Positions 12,405 to 23,809 of a stretch of 64,000 bases of DNA are shown piece by piece (position 1 is the stretch's first letter; every line of letters begins with the position of its first letter). The translations under genes and the position numbers were made by a program. Source of the stretch: Callorhinchus milii (Eukaryota); contig NW_024704743.1 in NCBI RefSeq assembly GCF_018977255.1, positions 47,556,001 through 47,620,000 of the forward strand, in the 5' to 3' direction. Under the pieces are notes generated by a model that had not been told where the DNA came from, did not search any database, and saw nothing but the letters and a program-made list of their open reading frames with translations.

Positions 12405-12970
12405 ACATCGAGGCTTGACTAGGGCAACTCCCTACTTGACAGCCATCCCAACTTCCCTCTACAAGCTGCAGATCATCCAGAACTCTGCAGCTTATGTCCT
12501 CTCCCACACTAGGCTCCGTGATCCTATCACCCCTCACCCTCACCCACCTCCCCATCCCCCAGAGGATAATGTTCAAAATCCTCATCCTCACCTTCAAGGC
12601 CCTTTACGGTCTTGCTCCTTCTACCTCTGTGACCTGGTAACCCCATATCGACCAGTCTGCTCCCTCCGCTCAGCAGGCTCCGGCCTGCTCCACGTCCCCC
12701 ACCCAGCCCGCCCCACCATCGGCGATCGGGCCTTCAGCCTCTCTGCCCACATTCTTTGGAAATCAATCCCAGTCCCTTCATCTTGCACCCTCCCTTGCCT
12801 CCTTCAAGGCACATTTCAAGATACTTCTCTTTGACCCATACCCACCTTGGCCTCCACCACACCTGAACCCAAACCCCTGCTCAGGTCCAAATCCCTGACT
12901 GTCCAGCACCTTGGAACATCCTCCTGACATGAAAGGCACTTTACAAATGTAATTTGTTATTGTTGTTACT
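12405..12970 (+). mobile_element. L2 3' fragment
   Basis: Translation [38 protein letters not shown], followed by an L2 tail. Confidence 0.85.
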
Positions 12971-13589
12971 GGGTGCATGTCCATGATGCCTCCAGCACAT
13001 CTTTGGTCTTTCTGGGGCTGGTCATGGACCTTCTGATCCAAAGAAAGTAACTTTATGTTTGATAAATTATTTCAAAGGCGAAAACTTACATTCACAGTAT
13101 ACAGTGCCTTTTACAGGAAAGAAACATCTTGAAATATGCTTTCATATGTTTATTTGAAAGCAGAATTGCAGTACTCCGATGCATGCTTTGTTCCGTTACT
13201 ATCCGCAGGGATTATTAATGAATAGAATGGTTCTAAGAATGCAACAATTTTCACTTCATGAAGTTTAAATTTAGAAAAATATGATCATCTTTGCTCATTT
13301 TCTCAGCTCATTCATTGCTCTCTGTTGCGAAAAGCACCATAATTCACAATCATTAGCATATGTCAATTACCTCATTCTGCTTATTGAAACAATACATTTC
13401 CAACATTTCGATCAATGTCTGATTGGTTATCTTAAACTGCTGGTAGTAAAATGTTGCATGACAGAATATGGAAATACTTTAGCTGGGCTCTAAGTGCTTA
13501 TCACTACATACTGTACAATGTGTGTCTACAAAACCAGTCACTACACTTGACACTAATTGCCTGTGAAACACTGAGATGTTTTAAAATCA

Positions 13590-13900
13590 TAGACAATTAC
13601 AGCACAGAAGAAGGCTATTTGGCTCAACATGTGTGCTGGCTTTTCGAAAAAGCTATCCATTCAGTCCCATTTACCTACCTTTTCCCCATACCCCTGCAAA
13701 CCGTTCCCTTTTTAGATGTATGTCTAGTTCCCTCTTGGAAGCAAAGTACGGTCCCTGCCTCATTCACTACACATGATAGACATTCTACATCCTTACAACT
13801 CTTTGTGGAAAACAAATCCTCCTAATCATCTTAAATTGATGCCCCTCTACTACCTCTCACTATTAAATGGAAATAATTGCTCCCTATCTGCTTTATTAAA
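13590..13900 (-). mobile_element. CR1 3' fragment
   Basis: acagcacagaagaaggctatttggctcaac.. matches the CR1 3' end at 35830. Confidence 0.6.
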
Positions 13901-14592
13901 ACCAGTCAACAAAGTTTTATTTATTAAGAGAAAGTAATAATAATAATAATAAGAGAAAGTGAGGAAAAAATGTCAAAGCAATGCCTTTTGCAAAGAAAAG
14001 GAACCTACAAACTAATTTTGGATTAGTTATGTAAATAAAATACAAATAGTTTTCAAACAAAGGCAGAAATTTGTTGTGAAAACATCTTGAGGGCTTCACA
14101 GGATTTACTGTAAAGTGGAGTGCTTGTGTATTTGTAAGTGAAATGCGGCAGTCAATTTGCACACAGCAAATTCACATGAACAGCCAGGAGGCAAATGACC
14201 AATTTTTTACCTGGAAAATTGTTGGGCGGAACTCAGCATGGACCAGGATTCAAACCAGCGAGCATCTGGTCTGTAAGCTGCTGCTCTATTTAACTTCACC
14301 ATCAGGGCTGCCCCTTTCTGTATTTCTTACCATTTCTTGATAAACAATTCTGTTAGGTCAATCTGTGGGAATTTTAATCCAGAAATAGATTGTGTTGAAA
14401 TAGCATTCTCACCAATTGATGGACTTTTATTAATTCAAGAGTTATCAATTCAAGAGTAACATATAATAAAACAGGTCATAATTTTAAACTAATGTAAGTG
14501 ATTTCACTCCTAATAACAGTCACCTACTGGATATTCTGTACAGCAGGTTTCCCATCTTGAACAGGCCATGAGTGGAGAATGCCAAGTGAAGA

Positions 14593-14805
14593 TAATAATA
14601 ATAATATAATAATCCTTGCATTTGATATAGCACTTTTCACGTCTTCTAAACGTCTCAAAATGCTTCACAGAATATACTGTAAAGTGAATTGACTGTATAT
14701 TTGTGGGAGAAACGCGGTAGCCAATTGTACACAGCAGTGTCCCACGAACAGTCGTGGATTGAATTGACCAAATTATTATTTTGTTTTCTTGAGGGATTAT
14801 TATCA
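14593..14805 (-). mobile_element. SINE 3' half (5'-truncated)
   Basis: aataatccttgcatttgatatagc..cttcacagaatatactgtaaagtgaattgac..gagggattattat. Confidence 0.8.
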
Positions 14806-15144
14806 AGATGAGGTGATAAGGGGGAGAAAAAAAGTTTAGCAATTTACTTTGGGCTGGTTTAATGCAGCAGGACTGGTACGGCCTGGGAGCAAATTCCTCG
14901 CCTGACCTTTCAGCTGGGTAAACCTAAAAAAGAAACAATCAACTTTTCTTGTGACATCAACATGTAGTGAACAGAATTTAACAAAAAAAACAAGTTACAA
15001 TACAGAATAAACTGCAAAATGTAAGCAATTGTTTCATTCAGGAAATATTGCCATGGAACATATTTGCTCATACTTAACTTGAATTCCTGTTAAGTTCTGA
15101 GCATTGTACAAAGTACAGTAAATAACTTTCAAGCTCTGGAACTC

Positions 15145-15295
15145 TGCTAAAGGCCCAGCAGGTTTTCACTGAGTTAAATGATCTAAGGTGGGACAGCTGT
15201 TGGAGTGCTACAATTGGCATCAGCACTCAGGATTAGGAGGCAAAAATCAGACTGGAACCTCCCGGTCACCAGCTACCACTACGAGAGGGCAGTGC
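15145..15295 (+). mobile_element. LF-SINE-like fragment
   Basis: ctgagttaaatgatctaag..gtgctacaattggcatcagcact..ggattaggaggcaaaaatcag. Confidence 0.55.
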
Positions 15296-15494
15296 AGTGG
15301 CCTGAAATTCTCATTGATTTAATCTTAATATCGTTGATATTAACAAATAAGATCATGTATAATTTTGGGGAAAAAGTAAATTCAGTCTTAATTTTGAAGA
15401 TAAAAAAGAATTGTGGAGAACCGGCTTCTAAATTAAGACTAAATTTAAGAATTTTTCCAAATTCTGCACAGACTGTTTATCTAAAAATCTGGAA

Positions 15495-15890
15495 TGTTTT
15501 AGGTACAGGTTAGCAGGAGCCAAGAATGGGGTACCTAGAGCACTGGGGTATTGCTGCAGTTTAACCAGCTAAAACCACGTAACTTGCCGTTGCAGGGACT
15601 GTCTGGCAAATACTACAAGCTCACCTGGCTCAGGAACCATAATACTGAGACACCACAAAGGTTTAACTCGATTCCATATATTCCATGGCCCGGCGTGTCA
15701 CCTTGGAGTCAGCTCAACCCAAGTAGACCCTAATTACCTCCCCCCCCCCCCCCCCCCCCGATGATAGTTGCAAGTTGACATCTGTCAAGCTCAGGTTGGA
15801 GCTCTAACTTTGGTGGATAGCAGGCACTAAGAACTCCTAACACACCTCTTGGTGAGCAGTACAATGGAGCAGAAAAGTAGAGCATTGTTA
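15495..15890 (-). repeat. Unclassified ~0.8 kb repeat, 5' portion
   Basis: Reverse complement aligns by eye to about 9889-10250. Confidence 0.55.
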
Positions 15891-16045
15891 TTATTTCATG
15901 CCTACAGTTTGGACAAACTTTCCTACTGAACTCCCAGCCTCAATCCCTCTGTCTTGCTCCCTCTTTAGCCCTCTTCAAATCACGATTTTCCTCTTTGACC
16001 GTACCTTTGGTCACCTCTCTCTCTTTCCAGCTTGGCGTCATAGCA

Positions 16046-16447
16046 ACAACAACAACAACAACAAGATTCCATTTATAGAGCGCCTTTCACGTCGGGAGGA
16101 CGTCCCAAGGCACTGGACAGGTGGGTCAGGACCCGAGCAGGGGGGAAATGGTCAGGGTGAAGGGAGGGAGCGAGGAGGGGGTAGAGAGTCGAGAGGGGAG
16201 CTGAAGGCACGGTCAAAGAGAAAGGTCTTGAGACCGGCCTTGAAGGAGGAAAGGGAGGAGGCGGCGAAGGCACTGGGGGATGGAGTTCCAGAGCCTCGGG
16301 GCTGAGAGGCTGAAGGCCCGACCACCGATGGTAGGGCGGTTGGGGCGGGGGATGTGGAGCAGACCGGAGCCAGAGGAACGGAGGGTACGGGCAGGTAGGT
16401 AGGGGATAGTAGGTCGGAGAGGTAGGAGGGAGTGAGGCCGTGAATGG
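16046..16447 (-). mobile_element. Young 5'-truncated L2 with 9-bp target-site duplication
   Basis: Near-identical to 1125-1588. GTCATAGCA occurs at both 16037-16045 and 16447-16455. Confidence 0.9.
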
Positions 16448-18004
16448 TCATAGCACACTGCTCTTCAGTGCTCCAAGACACAACTTATTGTTATTGTTGA
16501 TATTTCCTTCAGATGAAAGTGCAAAGCAACAGCTGCTTACCTCTCTACATAGCAGTCAACATAGATACCAAGCCCTGGATATGTGAGTGTGTGTTCACAA
16601 ATCCAGATTCCAAGTAAATCTTTAGGCTAAGACCATGAGGAAATTTGGGCTCAGGTGAGGACAGTGTCAAACTGGTCTGTGACACAGTTAGACAGTGTGA
16701 CGACACTCACTTTCAAATCTCATACAGTGATACAGTACGAGTGAGGTTTCAGAAAGTGGTCAGTGGAACCATGACCCAGATGGAAAAAATAGTTGAAAAA
16801 TCTTTAAGAATGGGAAGAAATTTGGAAGATAATATTGGTAAGGAAGCATATACAAATAAAACAGTTAATATTCCAAATTAAGTAAAAGACCTCTTTCCTG
16901 TTATTCTTTCATAAAATAACACTTCATACTGGAAAACACATTGATTCATTTTCATTTAGTTTTGACACGAATTATTTAGCCAGTAGCTGCCAAATAAAAA
17001 ATATTCCATTGTAGATATCAACAAATGTTTGACAACCTATTTTGAAATAAAACCCAGTGTACTCTGTTTATAATTGTTGACAGAAGTCATTTTGTGTTGT
17101 GCCGAAACATTATAGTATCTTTATACAACTTCCATATGGTTAACATGTATGTTTATAAAAAAAATTCCAATAATCAGTGACATTCATTGAAACAAGGAAC
17201 CTTTGTTTCACTCCTGCTGTGGCTGTCAGATTTTTCTTGACAAATGTTATTTATAATTTGATTTTAATCACTGTTTCCTTAAACTGCAACTTATTTATTA
17301 TTGTTACAATTAAATAGAATTAGCATAAATACTGTATGTTTTCCTTTTACTTGCCATGTAGCACTAGCATATTGATTTGTTATAATCAGCATAAGGGTTA
17401 TTTTGTCCTTTTCATTTAGCTTGTTTGTAAAAACATTACAACAGAGCACAGGACATAAATCATTTCAGGATGAATGGGGGGAAAAGCAAGCTTTAGACTG
17501 ATGTTTTTGAAGTACAGTATTTGCAGTAACAAAGCGTCAATTTATGTGCTAACTGGAAAATTCTGTTCTTTGCAATATATTTAAGCAGTTATTAATAACT
17601 TTTATTATCTAAATTCTGTTCCACCCATGAAAAGTTCAGTTTTGTTCCAATAAGCATTATGAAATGATGAGATACTTTAGATTTAGATTATCAACAAGTT
17701 ACATGTTTATTTTAATATTGTACCCCACAACAAAATGAGAATGTTATAGGGTGAAAAACCAAGGCCCTTTGTTACCAAATTTCATTAACTGCCAGTACAT
17801 CAAAAGATCAAGTTATCCTTATCCTGATCTTCAAGTTTTTCTCTGCAGTCTTCCCTTCATGGCTGTTTGTGGGACATTGCTGTGCGCAATTTGGATGCTT
17901 CGTTCACCCAAAAGATACAGTTACTCCACATTACAGAATATCCTATAAAGTGCTTTGAGACATCCTCCTGACATGAAAGACAAAATGTCAAATGAAAGGA
18001 TCAA

Positions 18005-18370
18005 TAATAATAATGATAATAATCCTTGCATTTCATATAGTGTTTCATCATGTCTTTGAGATGTCTCAAAGCGCTTCATAGAATATACTGCGAAGTGAAT
18101 TGACTATATTGTGTGGGCGAAACGCGACAGCAGTGTCCCACAAACAGACGTGGATTGAAGTGACCAATTTATTATTATTTTTTTGAAGGAATTATTACCT
18201 ACGGAAACGCGATCCACCAATCGACAAACAACTGGGCTCCTACTTATTGCTAGGTAAACAGGGGTATGTGGATTAAGGAAATTTGCCCAACATTATCCCC
18301 TGCTGGGAATTGAACCCAGATCTCTCACTTGCGAGGCGAGTGCTTTAACCACTGAGCTACAGAACTCCAC
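18005..18370 (-). mobile_element. tRNA-derived SINE (long variant)
   Basis: Minus strand: ggagttctgtagctcagtggttaaagcactcgcc..gggttcaattccc..ctgtttacctagcaataagtagg..tail. Confidence 0.85.
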
Positions 18371-18424
18371 TTAATAAGGATTATTAGTATCTCGTTCTCT
18401 CCTGGCCTTCAAATTGTCCTGTCA

Positions 18425-18830
18425 TTTTTTTCCACTTCTCCTCTGAAGATTATTTACTCATTTTTCCTTTTATTGTGCTGCAGTTTTCTTTACTGCAGCT
18501 GGCTGCCCTCATGTTCCTTAACCAAATGTTGATTATTCACTTGCTAACCAAAAGATGGGTGTTGGCAGGCTATTCAGCAGCGGGGGCATTGCAGTCAATT
18601 CAAATTCTGTTCCTACCCAACTTCCGCACATATGCATCTCCCGGAAACAAGTCAGAATTCATCATTCTGTCTGCGCTTCCCAGCCCAAACCTAGGTACTC
18701 AGGCCAAATGCAATTCTACCTGGGGAAACAAATGCTAATTCAGTAGAAACTGTAGATCAAACTTGGAATTTTCTTAGTCTGTATGGTTCACATATTCATC
18801 GATTAACTATCTGAGCCATTAAGGGGGGCT
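18425..18830 (-). mobile_element. LF-SINE-like element, near full length
   Basis: gtgttggcaggctattcagcagcgggggcattgcagtc..ctgttcctacccaacttccgcacatatgca and cttagtctgtatggttca..ctgagccat match the reverse complement of the remembered LF-SINE consensus. Confidence 0.65.
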
Positions 18831-19714
18831 TGACGTGACACTTTAAGGAAAATTACTGATTCTTTTAAAAAGTTTTAAAAATGTGACTGTATGAGGATTC
18901 ACTTTTTCATAGAAGTCATTGGTCTGAGTTATATAATAATAATAATCCTTGCATTTGATATAGCACCTTATCACGTCTTCGAGGTGTCTCAAACAGCTTC
19001 ACAGAATATACTGTAATATACTCTCTCTCTTTATATAAACCTGTTTATATGTGTATATATACTGTATCACTCTCTTTTGCTGAGTATTATGCAGTGAACT
19101 CCTGATATATTGTCACTTCAAGGGAAAAGAGCACAGTGAGTTTATAAACTGGTTGACTATGTAGGTCCTCCGGGGCCACTGGGGGGGAGCTATAACCAGG
19201 ACCAACATTAACACACACTGCACGGTTTTATACTATACCAGCTGATTAGGCATATGCAATGACTGTTTAACATTTGTCATTTCATGCTGTTTGTCACCGA
19301 TTTAGATTTCCTGTCACTTCCTTCTGAAGGATTATGACACATTTTATGCAGCTGACAGCTGAATCAGAGGTATAAAGGGATTTTCTCTCACTTTTCTAGA
19401 TGCATACAGAACACAACTTTATGTTACAAGTAATGAAATGCGGGGGAGGGGAGGCGGCTCACTTATTCACATTTTGCATGGGAATCGACTGGGATATTAT
19501 CAGTATGGTGATAATAAGCCATATGACGACATAAAACAGTGGTTTTATTAAGAGTTCACTGTATCTACAGTAGCACCGTCCTTTGCTGAGCACATTGACT
19601 CATTGTGGGATAATGGTTCAACGTGTACTAACTACCTCTAATCCAAGGAGCCATTCATCATGTGTGAGCACACACTGTGTACCAGATATATCATTATATA
19701 TTAGTGAGTAACAT

Positions 19715-20140
19715 GGCTGGTCCATATGTATCCTCAGGTGACATCCAGCCACACCTACTCTCCAGCATGGGTTACTGGACAGTGATCAGAAGCTTGAATC
19801 CAAGTTATTTTTTCCTAGGCCTTGCCTGGGGATGTTTTGACCAATCAAAATGCTGTACCCATGGTCCCTTTGCCTCGCTTCCTCCCTTGCATCCTTCAAG
19901 GCCAGTCTCAAGACCTTCCTCTTCGATCGTGCCTTTGGTCTCCCTCCCACCTCTCTGCCTTCCTTCACCCCTACACTACGCCTCCCCCATGCTCGGGCCA
20001 CGACATCTGACTGTTCAGTGCTTTGGGACGTCCTCCTGACATGAAAGGCGCTCTATAAATGTAATTTTGTTGTTCTTGTTGTACTAATCACACTTATGGG
20101 CCATCTGAAATGAGTTAACTCAGCACAGATTAAGGGAATT
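19715..20140 (-). mobile_element. LF-SINE-like fragment interrupted by a + strand L2 3' end (about 19865-20081)
   Basis: tccagcatgggttactggacagtgatcagaag on the left and gagttaactcagcacaga on the right flank the L2 tail ctttgggacgtcctcctgacatgaaaggcgctctataaatg. Confidence 0.6.
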
Positions 20141-20834
20141 CTCCTTTTACGTGATAATACTTCATAAATCAATATTTTTTTAATAACAAACTCATTACAT
20201 TAATATTTTTCTTTTCTTTAACCAGTGGTCTCTGTGCCTCCTTGTCCTCTTTCACCTCGCCACTGCTTTCAAAACTGTGGACCACTCCATCCTCCTTGAT
20301 CACCTTTCTCCCCTCATCCATTTCCGTGGGCCTGCGCTCTCCTGGTTCAATTCTTACCTCACCCACTGCAGGCTTGCTGCAGTCCCCCCAATCCCTCCGC
20401 AAGACAATTAATGACCATGCTTTCAAGTTAGTCCCTAACCTCTGGAATTTTCGACTCAATCCTTCTGCCTTGTTCTCTCTTTATCTTTACATTCCACCTG
20501 AAGAATGACCTTTTTGACCTTGACTATGTTCACCTCTCCATTATTCCTTGTTTGGCATCCAACCCTACCAGTGTCTGACGCTCCGAGACCCTAGCCTGAG
20601 TGAAGGGCCCTTATAAATGCAACTTATTGTTTTAAACTCTTCACTGTCTCTCCTTGGGATGTCCTCCTGAAGTAATTGCAATTTGCTGTTATTAATAAAG
20701 AGATATAATTGAATGCCACTTAAATGAAATACTAAAATTCAAACTTTGGTAATCAAAACAAATATCTCTGCATTCAAACATGTATGTATGCATGAATTCT
20801 TTTACCTGAAATTAGCTGGTATATTTAAATGCGT

Positions 20835-21290
20835 ATTTTTGGGGTCAGCCAAGTTTAGAAACCCATCACCAAGCTTAAGTGTATTCAAACATAGGAATAT
20901 GTTAACACAAACAAGACAACAAGTTCCACACATGTATGCCACCTACACATGGAAATGTCCACGTGTCTAGAATAGAAAGTGCATTCTCTCCTTGGAGGGA
21001 TGCATCCTGCGTATCTTATTCCAGAATATATCAGGTACCAGTTTGAAAGAGTCAAGACTTGGGGACTCCAGAGTGTGTGATGGGATACTGATGGGAGTTA
21101 ACCAGTTAAAAATGCACAGCTTGCCATTGAGAGCACTGTTTGGCAGACTTCCCACTGCTTGTCCAGTGAGGATCATCCTACCCATTCGGGCTTTGGTTTG
21201 CAGAGTTAACAGGAGCTGAGTGGGTGGAATCCCTACTCCAAGAGGATTGTCTGCCCTTCCAAGTCCTGCAGTTGAGCCAGAAAAGTCTAG
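20835..21290 (-). repeat. Unclassified ~0.8 kb repeat, 3' portion
   Basis: Reverse complement aligns with 31945-32415 over about 450 bp. Confidence 0.7.
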
Positions 21291-21439
21291 TGTTGAGTAC
21301 ATAAATGTTTGATTGAGTACATCAACCAAACATTTATGTTTCACTTAACCTGAAAACAATTTCACAGGAGTACAAAATTAACAGCATTTTAGCAGTTTAT
21401 GTCACAAAACTGCAAAAAAAATGGGAAATGTAATTTAAC

Positions 21440-22605
21440 ACCAACAACTTGTTATATAGTACCCTTCATGCCAGGTAGCATCCCACAGCACTTAACAGTG
21501 GCAGAGTCTGACCCCGAGCCAAGGGGAGAGGGAGGTGACCGTTAGCACGATCAAAAAGGAAGGACTTTAGGCGGGATTTTAAATTAGGGAGGGGGAAAGG
21601 TAGAGGAATTGAGGGAGAGAGTGCCAGAGCGTCAGAGAGTGGTGACTGAAAGCACGACCACCAATGGTGGAGCGGAGGGGGTGAGGCGTGAACAGGAGGA
21701 TGGAGTCAGCCGAACAGAGGTAGCAAGTGGTGGAGTGTGTGGGGTGAGCAAGTCATACAGGTAGGGAGGTGCAAGGGTATGAAGGGATTTGAAAATGAGA
21801 GAAAGAATCTTGAAGTTGATCCGTTTGGAAATTGGGAGCCAGTGCAGCCTGGCAAGGACTGGTCTGATGGGGGTCCGGAGTTTGGTTTGGGTTAGTATCC
21901 GGGTGGCAGAGTTCTCAATTAATTGCATTTTATGTACGGTGGAGCTGGGGAGGCCAGCGAGGAGAGCATTTGAAAAGTCCAGCTGGGAAGTGACAAAGGC
22001 ATGGACGAGGGTTTTGGCTGCTGTGGGTGTCAGGTACGGACGGAGGCTGACAATGTGGTGGAGGTGGAGGATCGAACCTGATGCCTAGATTACGCACAGG
22101 TTCAGTGAGTCTGAGGGAGAGCCCGGGGAGGCTAAGGAGTTCAGACCTACAGAGCCAAAGACGGACGGAGCCAAAGAGTATGGCTTCCGTCTTGCTGACA
22201 TTCAGAATGTGCGCTTATTCAGGAAAGCTGACAGGACATCAGCGGACTGTGAGATGCAACTGGAGAAGTAGATTTGGGTGTCATCTGCATACACGTGGAA
22301 GTTGACCCCATGTCTGCGGATGACATCGCCAAGAGGGAGCGTGTAAATGATGAAAAGAAGGGGGCCAAGGATGGAGCATTGGTGTACCCTGCAGGTGAAC
22401 CTGCGTGGCCGGGAGGAGGACCCGTTTCCTGAGATATTGTTGGTGGTTAGTCCAGTAGATCTCGAACCATGCTGCTGCGGTCCCACTAAGGTGGATGAGG
22501 GAGAGGCGGTGGAGGAGGATGGCGTGGTCAAATGTGTCGAATGCGGCCTCGTAGTCGAGGAGAGGCCCTGGACACAGAGAGAGAGGATGTGGTCAACCAG
22601 TGAAG
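21440..22605 (-). mobile_element. Decayed L2 (RT region to tail)
   Basis: Minus-strand fragments [34 protein letters not shown] and [17 protein letters not shown]. Confidence 0.9.
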
Positions 22606-22871
22606 TCAAACCCCTCCCGGCCCTTATTTCACACACAGGGTAAGGGGTCAATATGGCAGTTTGGGCGGGTTCGTGCCTAATAAGGCGTGTTTTCAGGCGT
22701 GTAGCAAAATCGTCTTGGGCTGGTGCCTAATTTTGTTAACACGATAAAAAATATATAAAGGAAAAAAACGTAAACCTGCAAAAACTTTTTTTCACCTTTC
22801 GAAGGCTTGTTTTCTCTTGCGCAGTTTCAAAAAGCACAATGCTAAATTCTGCTAAACCCACGCCCGATACC

Positions 22872-23204
22872 GGAGGCCTGTAGCTCAGGGGTTAGAGCAT
22901 TCACCTTGCGAGAGACCTGGGTTCGATTCCCGGCAGAGTGAAACGCTGGGCAAGTTTCCTTACCCCACGCCACTCAACAGGAAGGCACTCGATGGTTCGT
23001 CGATGGGTGGATCACTTTTCCGGGGGGTAATAACTGCTTCAAAGCAAAACAGTAATAAATGTGGGACACTGCTGTGTTTTCGCTCACAAAATATACAGTC
23101 AATTCCCTTTGCAGTCTATTCTGTGAAGCGCTTTGAGACGTCTCGAAGACGTGACACACGGCGCTCTATCAAATGCAAGGATTATTATTATTATTATTAT
23201 TATT
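22872..23204 (+). mobile_element. tRNA-derived SINE immediately upstream of the JAZF1 start codon
   Basis: A box tagctcaggggttag, B box gggttcgattccc, SINE body and (tta)n tail. Confidence 0.85.
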
Positions 23205-23346
23205 GGGCTACTTTTGGGCTAGTGTGGAGTTGACTTTGGGCTACAATGTAGCGCAACGTGTGGCGCCGCCCCCTCCCTCCCTCCCTCCCTCCCTCTCCCT
23301 CCCTCCCTCCCTCTCTCTCTCGCGCCGCCTGGACCCATGCAGCACC

Positions 23347-23461
23347 ATGACAGGCATCGCCGCCGCCTCCTTCTTCTCCAACACCTGCCGCTTCGGGGGC
23401 TGCGGACAGCACTTCCCGACCCTGGGGGAGCTCATCGAGCACATCGAGGACAACCACATCG
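23347..23461 (+). CDS. JAZF1: JAZF1 (juxtaposed with another zinc finger 1) first coding exon, C2H2 zinc finger 1
   Basis: MTGIAAASFFSNTCRFGGCGQHFPTLGELIEHIEDNHI matches the vertebrate JAZF1 N-terminus (C-x4-C-x12-H-x4-H). Kozak context gcaccATG; phase-1 donor G|gtagga at 23462. Confidence 0.96.
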
Positions 23462-23731
23462 GTAGGAGCCGCCGACCCGACCCGACCCTCCCCCTCCCTC
23501 TCGCGCACCGCGGGCAGCCTCGCCCCCAGCGCCGCCGCCGCCGCTCACCCGCTGCCCCAGGCCCGGCCGCTGTTGCTGGGTGTGGCCCCGCTTTCACCTC
23601 TCCGCTCACTGAGCCGCTGTAACCGCTTCCTCCCGCGGCCCCCCACCCCCCTCCCCAGGTTAGGCCCCGACTCCCCGCCGGCCGCCACCTTCAGCTAATC
23701 CCCAGCACCACCCAAACCGACCCGGGCCCGC

Positions 23732-23745
23732 GCTGCCATGGCAAC
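23732..23745. promoter_or_regulatory. Candidate RFX X-box
   Basis: gctgccatggcaac is a 13/14 match to the palindrome GTTGCCATGGCAAC, inside the CpG island. Confidence 0.45.
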
Positions 23746-23809
23746 CGCTCAGACCCCCCCCCCCGCCCCATACACGCAGAGTGACAAGGGGCGGGGGGGG
23801 AAGGAGGAG

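Larger units (their letters stand above)
23240..23780 (+). promoter_or_regulatory. CpG island / probable JAZF1 promoter-exon 1 region
   Basis: Very GC- and CpG-rich against an AT-rich, CpG-poor background, with a (CTCC)n tract at about 23270-23320. It surrounds the first coding exon. Confidence 0.8.

Noticed and set aside
22872..22935. tRNA gene
   Set aside because: The A and B boxes belong to a SINE head that continues into SINE body and tail; there is no complete cloverleaf.
23462..23622. Continuation of the 149-aa ORF past the JAZF1 zinc finger
   Set aside because: Similarity to JAZF1 stops at the GT donor; the rest is GC-rich intron read-through.
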